Part shown: piece by piece, positions 18,950-27,487 of the stretch
Position numbering within the stretch: position 1 is the stretch's first letter
Layout: each line of letters begins with the position of its first letter
Assembly: GCF_900199515.1 (NCBI RefSeq)
Contig: NZ_LT963433.1
Span: forward strand, 1 to 32,000
Length of the DNA stretch: 32,000 bases
Direction: 5' to 3'
Source: Massilicoli timonensis
GTDB lineage: Bacteria > Bacillota_I > Bacilli_A > Erysipelotrichales > Erysipelotrichaceae
Made by a program: the position numbers and the translations under genes
Notes under the pieces: generated by a model
The model's database searches: none
Told to the model about the DNA's origin: nothing
What the model saw: the letters and a program-made list of their open reading frames with translations, nothing else

Positions 18950-19091
18950 TTTTTTTGAGTATAAAAAAAGCAAAAGGAAAAAGAATTTACGGCTGATGCT
19001 GCTCGTGTATATAAGGGGAAGTTCCATTCAAAAATGGAGCAGATGCTTCGGTTGGATCGCTGGGAACGTATTTCGGGATAGAAGCGCGGTG

Positions 19092-20078
19092 TTATTTACT
19101 TTTTAGGTTTGTGATATTTTTGATCTGAATGGAATAGGTGCCATCGGCAGCTTCAATGATCTCAAACTTAGCCGGCTGGGAAAGGTATTCCAACGGCAAG
19201 GTAATTTCAATTTCCGCATCGGCAAGCAGTTTCTGGACTTTATTGCTTTTTGCCAAGCGGCAATGCGCGGTTGATACCTTAGCGGCGATCCCAGCATTTT
19301 TTACTTCTTCGACAAATAAATCTTTGGCATAAGGCACTTCCTGAAAAAGGACTTCCGCAACCTCGGCAACGGCGATCTCGCTTTGTGCTTCCACTGCTTC
19401 TTTCATCATCTGCTTCATCTTCGGCAATACTTTGACAACATCCATATCATATTTTTCGCTCATCGTTTTACCGACGGTTTCCATCACTTTCTGCGTTTCT
19501 TCAAATGAAGGGGCAGTTGTGGCTTGTAAATAGCGTGATGCCAGCAGTGTCGTTTCCTTCCCTTGCCATTCGCTTTTTTCTTCTAACACATATAGTGTGA
19601 AATCAGATAATTCTATTACAAAAACAAAGTCAGTTTTCAAGATTCCGTTTGGCAGTACCGTTGTTTCATACAATACGTTGTTCTGCTCTTGATCCGGATA
19701 GCAGGTCATCGCCGACTGATAGTTTTGGTCGATTCCGATCAAATAACGACGGCCTTCTTCTACGATTTCCGAAATCAGAAAGGCACTGTCTTCATAGCGG
19801 GCACATTCTGATTTTTCCGCATATAAGTGTTCTGCCATCCATGTGGAAAACGCATCAAAGGAAATTGTCTTATCACGATACTGCCGCAGCCTCTCTAAAA
19901 AAAGCGAGTTTTCTTGGAAGCTGCCCTGCTTGCGTTTGCGGGCACCGAGCGCTTTGCTTAATTTCCGTTCAAGGAAGGCAGCGGTCTTTTCTTCTTTGAT
20001 GGGCAGCGGTGCTTGGGCACAGACAAGTGTTTGTGAAGCGGTATTTAATAGATGCAACATGCTGTGTTCGATCTGCAT
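19092..20078 (-). CDS. Nucleoid-associated protein (NdpA/YejK-like, NA37 family)
   Basis: 328 aa. The N-terminus (IEHSMLHLLN) and the C-terminus (...EIEITLPLEY...FEIIEAADGTYSIQIKNITNLKSK) match the pattern I recall for Firmicutes NA37-family proteins. AGGAGGG RBS. The assignment is from memory, not a search. Confidence 0.55.
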   Translation of the reverse strand: MQIEHSMLHLLNTASQTLVCAQAPLPIKEEKTAAFLERKLSKALGARKRKQGSFQENSLFLERLRQYRDKTISFDAFSTWMAEHLYAEKSECARYEDSAFLISEIVEEGRRYLIGIDQNYQSAMTCYPDQEQNNVLYETTVLPNGILKTDFVFVIELSDFTLYVLEEKSEWQGKETTLLASRYLQATTAPSFEETQKVMETVGKTMSEKYDMDVVKVLPKMKQMMKEAVEAQSEIAVAEVAEVLFQEVPYAKDLFVEEVKNAGIAAKVSTAHCRLAKSNKVQKLLADAEIEITLPLEYLSQPAKFEIIEAADGTYSIQIKNITNLKSK

Positions 20079-20352
20079 GAAATCCCTCCTGTTTTTTCAT
20101 TTTTCCATCTTATCAGGTTTGGGTTACTTTTGCCAGTGTTTTCTTGTCTCTATGTCCATAAAAGCAGATCCGTTTTTTCTGTCCGCTATGTGATTGCATG
20201 CTCTTATTTTCTATTTTATTCGTCATCGGATCTATTTGATCAAATTGGTGTAAAATGATAAAAAAGACTATCAATTTCATAAATTATGGCTCTTATTACA
20301 CTTATTGTGTGTTATTTATGGCGGCAGTGATCGTTAATCGCTTCCTTTTGCA

Positions 20353-20383
20353 ATAAAAAACATCAGTTGTGAGGAACTGATGT
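20353..20383 (-). terminator. Rho-independent terminator downstream of the DUF378 gene
   Basis: On the minus strand: ACATCAGTT, a 6-nt loop, AACTGATGT (20360-20383), followed by TTTTTTATTG. Confidence 0.75.
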
Positions 20384-20586
20384 TAATAGTCACTGTGGGT
20401 TACTTGTGGAATTAAGCATAAGCTGTAGATGCCGCAAATACCGATCAGCACATAGGTTACTGTTGTCAAGAAGCTGCCGCTGCCGAACAGAAATGTGACT
20501 AGATTAAAGTCAAATATGCCGATCAGGCCCCAGTTAATTGCGCCGACTGACGCAAGCAACAGTGCAATGCCATTGATAACTTTCAT
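20383..20586 (-). CDS. DUF378 family small membrane protein
   Basis: 67 aa with two TM helices and the family-typical GAINWGLIG motif. GGAGGG RBS. Confidence 0.8.
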   Translation of the reverse strand: MKVINGIALLLASVGAINWGLIGIFDFNLVTFLFGSGSFLTTVTYVLIGICGIYSLCLIPQVTHSDY

Positions 20587-20702
20587 ATTCTGCCCTCCTG
20601 CTTCTAGTATGGGACAATGATGGAAATTTATTCATCGATCATAGGTAAAAGCCCGGCGAGCGTTTTATAGCAGGCATAGGATACAGGGAAAGGAGAAATC
20701 AC

Positions 20703-21128
20703 ATGGCAAAAATCATTGTTTACAATGTTTATACGCAGGTACTGGAGATTTATGACCGTGGAGAAAATGAACCGATGCCTTATGCGTATAATCGAACGCT
20801 GCTGGTGCGTGAATTTAGAGGTTCATCTAAGAGCAATGTCTTGTGGACGACGAATGCGGCGATGGAAAGCTGGAATGCGACCAGACGATCGTTTAATGCG
20901 CCGATCCCGATGCGCTATGCGTTTAAGCGGATTTGGGAAGGCGGCCATGGGCAGCAGTCGCAGCATTATGCGGGATTGGCATTTGATGCCGGACAGGCTT
21001 TGTCAAGCACGCAGCGCAATCGTTTATGGCAGACGGCTTATAACTTAGGGGTGTGGAGCTATGTGGAACCGCAGAGTTTAACACCAACGTGGTACCATCT
21101 ACTGTTAAGGAAACGGAGTTCTACTTAA
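20703..21128 (+). CDS. Peptidase M15-like (zinc D,D-peptidase / hedgehog fold) small protein
   Basis: SQHYAGLAFD fits the SxHxxGxAxD zinc motif, and a distal His is present (PTWYH). AGGAG RBS. The gene ends at the compositional boundary of the island. Confidence 0.5.
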   Translation: MAKIIVYNVYTQVLEIYDRGENEPMPYAYNRTLLVREFRGSSKSNVLWTTNAAMESWNATRRSFNAPIPMRYAFKRIWEGGHGQQSQHYAGLAFDAGQALSSTQRNRLWQTAYNLGVWSYVEPQSLTPTWYHLLLRKRSST

Positions 21129-21231
21129 AATAATAAAGTAGAGATTTTGGGGCCTCTATCAGAAATTTTTTTATAAATTAGAGTGATCCATATAAATCTA
21201 TTCCACTTTTTGAAGAAATATAAAAAGTGAG

Positions 21232-21267
21232 AATAAAAACAGCACATTTTAATTATGAAAGTGCTGT
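21232..21267 (-). terminator. Terminator ending the hipA-like/phosphoesterase/small-gene operon
   Basis: On the minus strand: ACAGCAC (21261-21267 on +) pairs with GTGCTGT (21239-21245 on +) around a 15-nt loop, followed by TTTTTATT. Confidence 0.55.
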
Positions 21268-21279
21268 AAATCTAAATTA

Positions 21280-21596
21280 TTATTTTGAAATAAAACATTT
21301 AATGGTTTCTTTTAACTCATCGCTAAATTCATCTAAATCATTCAACTCAATGACTTTATCATGTAATAATTCTAAAATGTTTACTATCATTCTAGATCTT
21401 CGCATATCAATCACTACACCAATTTTTATTCTATCTTTGAAGATTCTATTTTCCAGATCCCAGAAATTTCTAGCTGCCGATTCATCTCTTTGAAGTATTT
21501 CGATATATTCCTTATTTAATTTTGCCATATAATTTTCTTGCCAAACCGGTACTTTTTTCTAAGAATTTTCCAATCTTTCTCATTTACTTCATACAT
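21280..21596 (-). pseudogene. Small conserved-hypothetical gene interrupted by a 1-nt homopolymer frameshift
   Basis: MYEVNEKDWKILRKK (from the ATG at 21596, RBS AGGAAAGGG) continues in another frame as VPVWQENYMAKLNKEYIEIL..., which is the 82-aa ORF at 21280..21528. The shift occurs at the A6 run AGAAAAAAGT (T6 on + at 21553-21558). An A7 run would restore a product of about 105 aa. Confidence 0.55.
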
Positions 21597-21639
21597 AATT
21601 TCATTTCCCTTTCCTACAAATAATTTTGATTTTATTATT

Positions 21640-22503
21640 TTATTCATCCAATTCTTTTATCAAAATAACGTTGCGTTCGTATTCTTTATTCAATAAGTCT
21701 ATTTCCACATAAGTCATTAACATATCATAAAGTTCTGTTTGTCCTGGCTGGACACATGTCGTCTCATCAATATAATTCATCCATTTACCCTTTTGTGTAT
21801 CAGGGCATTCATGAATATGTCCATGTAAGGACAACAGTGGTTGTTTTTCTTTTAAGAAATTATAAATATCAACTGAACCAATATCCAAATCTTGATATAA
21901 CAATTGTCCTAATTGTAAATTTGCTGGAGGCATGTGCATTACATAAACAGTTTTTCTTGGATTTATAGATGTGGGTAGGTTATTTAAAACATCACTCATA
22001 TGTGGTAATTCTGCTAGAGAATATACTAACCAATCATAAATTTTATTATATCCATACATATTAGATATTCCTACCACAGGACTTAACTGTTGTTGAGGAA
22101 TATAATCTTTCTCTGTGATTACTCTGTCTTTGCATCCAAATGGGTGATCTAAAATATAGTTCATACCAATAAATTCATAATCATTAATTATCACTTTTTT
22201 ACCAGCTATGTTATAAATATTATCATATTTTCCACATACACTATCAAACATCTCATCTAAAGCTTGCAAGTCATCATTACCAAGCATACAAAGATAACTA
22301 ATTTGATGGTCTTTCAGTTCTTTGAAATAATCATTTAAAAAACCTTTGATAAATAATGGTTGTTCTTCATGTCTATTACATTGCTTTGGAAGCATATCTC
22401 CGCCATTAACAATAACATGAATGTCTTTATTTATTGCAACTTCTAATATTTTTTTATATTTATCTTTATCTCCATGTAAATCTGTAACATATAAAATTTT
22501 CAT
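21640..22503 (-). CDS. Calcineurin-like metallophosphoesterase
   Basis: Full motif set in order: VTDLHGD, NGGDM, LGNDD, VMHMPP, LHGHIHE. AAGGAG RBS. 58 nt downstream of the hipA-like gene on the same strand. Confidence 0.85.
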   Translation of the reverse strand: MKILYVTDLHGDKDKYKKILEVAINKDIHVIVNGGDMLPKQCNRHEEQPLFIKGFLNDYFKELKDHQISYLCMLGNDDLQALDEMFDSVCGKYDNIYNIAGKKVIINDYEFIGMNYILDHPFGCKDRVITEKDYIPQQQLSPVVGISNMYGYNKIYDWLVYSLAELPHMSDVLNNLPTSINPRKTVYVMHMPPANLQLGQLLYQDLDIGSVDIYNFLKEKQPLLSLHGHIHECPDTQKGKWMNYIDETTCVQPGQTELYDMLMTYVEIDLLNKEYERNVILIKELDE

Positions 22504-22561
22504 TTTCAGTTACTCCTTTCCTCATTTTAATAAAAGGAAGGACTTGAATCCTCCCAAATTT

Positions 22562-23722
22562 TTAGCATTTCTCCAATTGCTTTTTTCTATCAATAACTTT
22601 ACCAATTCTTAGATTGATTTGTTGAACAATTTCTTGAATTCTTGTCTCATCCATTAGTGGATTTATTTTAAGTATTTCTTCTACTTCTTTTTCAAATCCT
22701 TCAAGTTTTGATGCGTCCAGCCAAGACAAATCATCCACTAATTCTAACTGTTCATCTGGATAAGGTTTAAATGGTTTAGATTTGTATATACTTCCAATTG
22801 CAGTTGTTGGCTGTGTAGCCCATAAACAACTTCCACTGTCAAATATAGGGGCAATTCCAATCCATTCCAGTGTGTCCACATTTCTGATTGCCCCAAAGTT
22901 ACGATAATGACGATCATAATTTGCAATAATATAGTCACATACAATCATTTTATCAATTTGTAACTTGGCATTTGGTATATTAAGAGAGTTACATGCTTCT
23001 AAAAAATGAATGTATAAAGAATCGTTTCCTCTTTGCTTGATAATACGATCAATATAATAAGCAGATACTAGCTCTTCATTTGTATTTACCATCGTAGGGC
23101 AAGCAGAATAATACATACCATTTTCTTGAATTAATTCATAAGGAACATAGTCTTCGTTCTTAAGTATTCTTTTATATAGCTTTGTTGCGATGATTTCGTT
23201 AAAAGGTTCTTGATTATTGAAACTATTTCCACCTTTGATAAGATAACGAGTATTGTTTATGATTTTCCATTTCTTTTTCAAGTTTCCATCACTAGAGTTA
23301 TCTGGGCTAAAAATATCTAAATCATCAGAATAATGAATCTGTCCCATTAACAGTTTTCCCATATCTTCACTAAAATCATTTTCAAAAAAATTAATATCAT
23401 TCCACTCAATTTTAGAATTTTCTTCTTTAATCCAATATTGATCACTTAAACTAAGACCAAAGCATCTTTCAAGCAATTCTACAGAAGAATGAATATCCAT
23501 TTCTGCCATTACTTCATTAAATCTGCTTCTAGAGGCAGGGATGGAACGATCTTTCCACCAGTTATTCAATGCTTTTCTAGTGATACCTGTTTTGTATTCA
23601 ATGATTCCTAAAGGAGCATAGTCAGGATGAATGACACGATTGATTTTTGCAACTGTATGTGTTTCGTTATCGTATGAAAACTCTAAAACTTCAATGTTTT
23701 TGTTCATAAGAATATAGTTCAT
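22562..23722 (-). CDS. HipA-like Ser/Thr kinase (HipA_C-type)
   Basis: Catalytic loop NYDRHYRNFG (22898-22915 covers DRHYRN), equivalent to HipA DxHxxN. Mg-binding-like APIFDSG. N-terminal SIPASR and GLSLSDQYW motifs typical of clostridial HipA-like proteins. AAAGGAG RBS. Confidence 0.75.
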   Translation of the reverse strand: MNYILMNKNIEVLEFSYDNETHTVAKINRVIHPDYAPLGIIEYKTGITRKALNNWWKDRSIPASRSRFNEVMAEMDIHSSVELLERCFGLSLSDQYWIKEENSKIEWNDINFFENDFSEDMGKLLMGQIHYSDDLDIFSPDNSSDGNLKKKWKIINNTRYLIKGGNSFNNQEPFNEIIATKLYKRILKNEDYVPYELIQENGMYYSACPTMVNTNEELVSAYYIDRIIKQRGNDSLYIHFLEACNSLNIPNAKLQIDKMIVCDYIIANYDRHYRNFGAIRNVDTLEWIGIAPIFDSGSCLWATQPTTAIGSIYKSKPFKPYPDEQLELVDDLSWLDASKLEGFEKEVEEILKINPLMDETRIQEIVQQINLRIGKVIDRKKQLEKC

Positions 23723-23751
23723 TTTACCTGCTCCTTTCTACTTATGGCATC

Positions 23752-23760
23752 ATTATAACA
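23752..23760 (-). promoter_or_regulatory. Extended -10 promoter for the hipA-like operon
   Basis: The minus strand reads TGTTATAAT (23752-23760). A 4/6 -35 match (ATGAAA) lies 17 nt upstream. Confidence 0.5.
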
Positions 23761-23866
23761 TATCTTTGATATTCTTTCATCATGATCACAAATGAGAGAT
23801 ATAAATAGGAATATATCAGAAAGCTACTGCAAAAGATGTTTTTTTTTAGATTTCCACACCCTTGGC

Positions 23867-25695
23867 TTAATTCTCTTTACCGAAGGTTAATTCTAATAGC
23901 TCCGCGGCAATACTTTCACTGCACACACGCATGAGATTATCCTCAGCATCTTCTTTTTCCAATAAATTTGTACTGCCATACCACACAATATTTCTATCAA
24001 TGATACAATAGCGTTCACAATAATCCTCCATTAAATTCATGTGAAAACCGGCATTACGCATTCGCTCATGAAGCTGGAGCCAATAGGACGTATCACCAAA
24101 ATGATATTCATCAGGCTTCCATGTAACGATTACAACCTTTAATCCTTCGGCTTGCTTTTCACTAAGTAGGTGAATAAGATCATTTACTTTTTGAGTGCTG
24201 ATTCTTGGGCTGGGATATAATTACTTCGTTTTTAGCTGTAAGCGAGTCGTTTTGATAAACATCGAAGTATTGGTCAATATCATAAATAGAATTAAGAGGA
24301 CTATTCATTTGAGAGTAGTTTTCTTCTGTGCAAATGGCGTAACCGATTTGTTTATATGCCTTCAATCGTTTATGGTACATATTTTCAAACATTGGAATAT
24401 GACCGTCCACATAATCATAAATAATTACATCTTCTTTTCCTTCATAATCGCGATTCAAGCGTCCCGCGTATTGCTCGACAACACTTTTCCATGCCACCGG
24501 AGTTGCCATGATTAGCGTATCTTATCGTGAAAAGTCGATGCCTTCACCAATTAAACTTCCAGTCGCAACTAAAATCATACTTTCCTCTTTAGAAATCTGA
24601 TTCATTTGTTTGAGGATTTCTTTATGTTCCTTTTTAGAATTTTTTCCGGATAATAAGAATATATGATCGGCATAGCCTTTTAAGCGATGAAAGAGTTTTT
24701 GAGAGTGATCAACATATTTGGAGAGAATAACCGGAGGGTGACCCGAATCGATACATCGCTTTACATCTTTAACGATCATATCATCACGATCAGGATTCTC
24801 TCTTAAAATAGCATAGGCTTCATTAGGGTGCATCTTCTCATGATTAAATCTAGGTGCTACGGATCTTGTAAATCTTGGATAAATCCAATGGGCGATACCT
24901 TGCTCCTTAGCTCTTTCTTTGGAGGTGTATTTATAGCGAATAGGTCCTAACAGCATAAAGTAGATTTTTTCTAAGCCATCTCCGCGGAAAGGGGTTGCTG
25001 TAACACCATATACATATCGTGCTTTTACTTTTTCAAGAATATCAACAATAGTATTGGAAGCTGCGTGATGACATTCATCTAAAATAACCATTCCATATTC
25101 TTTCAATTTTGGGTGAAATTCTCCCTTTTTGCATAATGAACCAGCCATGGCAATATCAATAATGCCGGTGGAAGAATCATGAGAGCCATGTATTTTACCA
25201 ATTAAACTTTTCCTTGTCTTTATTTCTTCATGAAGGTGTTGTGTAGGTTGTGAGTGCTTCATCAATACTTAAAAAGCGGGTTAAGGCATTTTCCCATTGC
25301 TCGATAAGCGCGGAAGATTGTATGAGTATAAGCGTATTCACTTTTTTCTGGTAATCATATCGCAGCAAACAACTGTTTTCCCAAAAGCCGTGGCAGCATG
25401 AAGGATACCGTTGTCTTTTTTCTCCATTACTTCGATGGCGGAAACTTGTGAAGATTTTAATTGGCCTTTAAAGGTTACGCGTATTTGCCTTCCTTGGCAG
25501 CGTTTGTCTTGAAGATCTATTTTTATGTTTTCACTATGGCAACGACTCATTAGATCATCAAACAATCCTCTGGGAATACGGATATATCCATTCATATCTT
25601 TACCAAGATAAATATAACGGGCCTGATCAAAATTGGAGAGTCCCATAGCTTGATTTTTATAGAAGATGGGGTTGCTGAAGGCAGCCATTTCGATA
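23867..25695 (-). pseudogene. HKD(PLD)-nuclease / DEAD-DEAH (SF2, ResIII-like) helicase fusion gene, 5'-truncated and multiply disrupted
   Basis: Four ORF fragments are colinear with one helicase. Motifs in order: Walker A ATAFGKT, DECH (ILDECHH), TATP, QYAGRLNR, and a degenerate C-terminal PLD-like domain (CERYCIIDRNIVWYGSTNLL). Lesions: the IS at the 5' end; an A-run frameshift at 25342-25347; an indel at about 25230-25265; an in-frame TAA at 24522-24524; a C-run frameshift at 24207-24209. Confidence 0.8.
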
Positions 25696-25757
25696 TGATC
25701 CCACTAAAGTAGACACACAAATAAAACAAAAGCGTGTCTATGGAGGTGGGATTTTCT

Positions 25758-26474
25758 ATGAGAAGGAAACCAAAAATATCAGTAGAAGAAAAAGTGAATA
25801 TATGTGAACAATATTTAAGCCGAACAAAAAGCATGAGGGAACTCGTAAGTGAAAGTGGAATCAGTAAAGAAACGATAAGAAGATGGATAAACAAGTATCA
25901 AAGATATAGATCAATCGTTTTTCAACCAAAAGCACATAACCAAAAATATACAAAGCAATTCAAACAAGAAGTAGTCGAAGCCTATTTGCGAGGAGAAGGA
26001 ACACCAGAATCGCTTTCCGTTAAATACAATATACCTGCATATTCTACTGTGCGAAATTGGATAATCAAGTATAATAACCTTGAAGAACTTAAGGACTATG
26101 ATCCTAAGCCGGAGTTTTATATGAAAAAACACAGTAGAAAAACAACTTATGAAGAACGAATGGAAATTGTGGATCATTGCTTAGCCCACAATAAGAATTA
26201 CAAAGGAACAGCAGAAATATTTGATGTATCCTATACACAGGTGTATCAATGGGTAAACAAGTATTTAGATACAGGAAAAGAAGGACTGATCGACAAACGC
26301 AGAATACGCAAGAGTGAGGAACAATTAAGTGAAACGGAAATTCTACAACGCAAAGTAAAGATACTTGAAAAGCAATTGAAAGAAAAGGAAATGGAGAATG
26401 AACTATTAAAAAAAGTACAGGAAATCGAAAGGAGGCGGTATTCTCCAAAACAAAAAACGAAGCAAAATACTTAG
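25758..26474 (+). CDS. IS3-family transposase OrfA (HTH DNA-binding, leucine-zipper C-terminus)
   Basis: MRRKPKISVEEK start with GGAGGTGGG 9 nt upstream. Two HTH-like segments are present (RELVSESGISKETIRRWINKY and TAEIFDVSYTQVYQWVNKY), followed by the heptad region ILQRKVKILEKQLKEKEMENELLKK. Confidence 0.85.
   Translation: MRRKPKISVEEKVNICEQYLSRTKSMRELVSESGISKETIRRWINKYQRYRSIVFQPKAHNQKYTKQFKQEVVEAYLRGEGTPESLSVKYNIPAYSTVRNWIIKYNNLEELKDYDPKPEFYMKKHSRKTTYEERMEIVDHCLAHNKNYKGTAEIFDVSYTQVYQWVNKYLDTGKEGLIDKRRIRKSEEQLSETEILQRKVKILEKQLKEKEMENELLKKVQEIERRRYSPKQKTKQNT
26408..26415 (+). promoter_or_regulatory. Programmed -1 ribosomal frameshift site (A AAA AAA G)
   Basis: The A7 run at 26408-26414 reads TTA AAA AAA GTA in the orfA frame. 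The -1 frame is open from 26414 into orfB and encodes ...KYLAIKELHEERNYSIQWMCKQLGV. Confidence 0.7.
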
Positions 26475-26518
26475 CAATTAAAGAACTTCATGAGGAAAGG
26501 AATTATAGTATCCAGTGG

Positions 26519-27373
26519 ATGTGCAAGCAATTGGGTGTTTTATGTTCTGCCTACTATAAATGGATAAATCGAACGATTCCTGAGAATGAACAGGAAGATA
26601 TGGAATTAGCAGGAATCATAAAGAAGTACCATCAGAAGTATGGAGGGATCCTAGGATATAGAAGAATGCGTATGTTCATCAACCGTAACTGCAATAAGAA
26701 CTATAATATAAAACATATTCATAGGATCATGAATATTCTTGGTATTCACGCAAAGATAAGAAGAATCAGAATTGGTTGTACCGTATCGAATAAGGCAGAT
26801 CAGAAAGTGGAAAATCTATTGCATCGCAATTTTGAAGCATCAGCACCGAATGAAAAAAGGACGACAGATGTAACAGAATTCAAAGTACCTCATTCAACAG
26901 AAAAGATATATCTTTGTGCCTTTTTGGATTTGTATGATCGTACCATTATCGCATGGGCTATTAGCAATCATAAGGACAATAGACTAGTACAAGATACCTT
27001 TCATAAAGCGATTCTGCAAAATCCGGATGCACATCCTCTCTTTCATTCAGATCGAGGATATCAATATACAAGTCCTATGTTTCGAAATAAACTAAAGGAA
27101 TATGGAATGAAGCAATCGATGTCAAGAGTGGCGAGCTGCATAGATAATGGAGTGACAGAAGGATTATGGGGAATCATCAAGACAGAGATGTATCAAATGT
27201 ATGAGATATATGATAAAGGGATCTTAATAGAAGCGATTAGGAGCTATATCAATTTTTATAATCAGCAGCGTTATCAGGCGCGTTATCATTCAAAAACACC
27301 GATGGAAGTAAGAGCGGAAGCCATGAACATGACAAAGCCTAAACAATATCCGATTATATCCGATTGCATTTAA
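26519..27373 (+). CDS. IS3-family transposase OrfB (DDE/rve integrase core), expressed as an OrfAB fusion
   Basis: DDE triad context: TDVTEF, HSDRGYQYTS, DNGVTEGLWGIIKTE. The frame is -1 relative to orfA and open back to 26414. Confidence 0.85.
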   Translation: MCKQLGVLCSAYYKWINRTIPENEQEDMELAGIIKKYHQKYGGILGYRRMRMFINRNCNKNYNIKHIHRIMNILGIHAKIRRIRIGCTVSNKADQKVENLLHRNFEASAPNEKRTTDVTEFKVPHSTEKIYLCAFLDLYDRTIIAWAISNHKDNRLVQDTFHKAILQNPDAHPLFHSDRGYQYTSPMFRNKLKEYGMKQSMSRVASCIDNGVTEGLWGIIKTEMYQMYEIYDKGILIEAIRSYINFYNQQRYQARYHSKTPMEVRAEAMNMTKPKQYPIISDCI

Positions 27374-27487
27374 TCCAAGAATAGCGAAGTATAAGGAATC
27401 ACTGAACAAGTTAAAAGCCCAATCAGCATAATACCAATTGGGCTAAAAATTTTATTTATTTTGTGTGTCCTCTTGACAGGGACCGGA

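Noticed and set aside
20716-21048. 110-aa alternative-frame ORF inside the M15-like peptidase gene
   Set aside because: It shares the strand with, and is nested in, the ORF that carries the zinc-peptidase motif and an RBS. Its Arg/Met-rich composition is typical of an off-frame translation.
2548-23722. Possible functional link between the HipA-like kinase and trpS in the same window (some HipA-family kinases phosphorylate tryptophanyl-tRNA synthetase)
   Set aside because: The genes are about 19 kb apart and sit in compositionally different regions (core versus island). trpS is the housekeeping copy with its own T-box. The co-occurrence in the window is coincidental.
23761-23800. Partial palindrome TTTCATCATGATCACAAA near the hipA-like promoter, considered as an operator
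   Set aside because: Only the central TGATCA/TCATGA hexamers are self-complementary and the arms do not pair. That is not enough to call a binding site.
25592-25894. 100-aa minus-strand ORF spanning the IS left junction, plus ORFs 25911..26177 and 26104..26448 antisense to orfA
   Set aside because: The first crosses the IS boundary and overlaps the helicase fragment in another frame. The other two are antisense to the well-supported transposase orfA. All are low-complexity and hydrophobic translations of AT-rich DNA.
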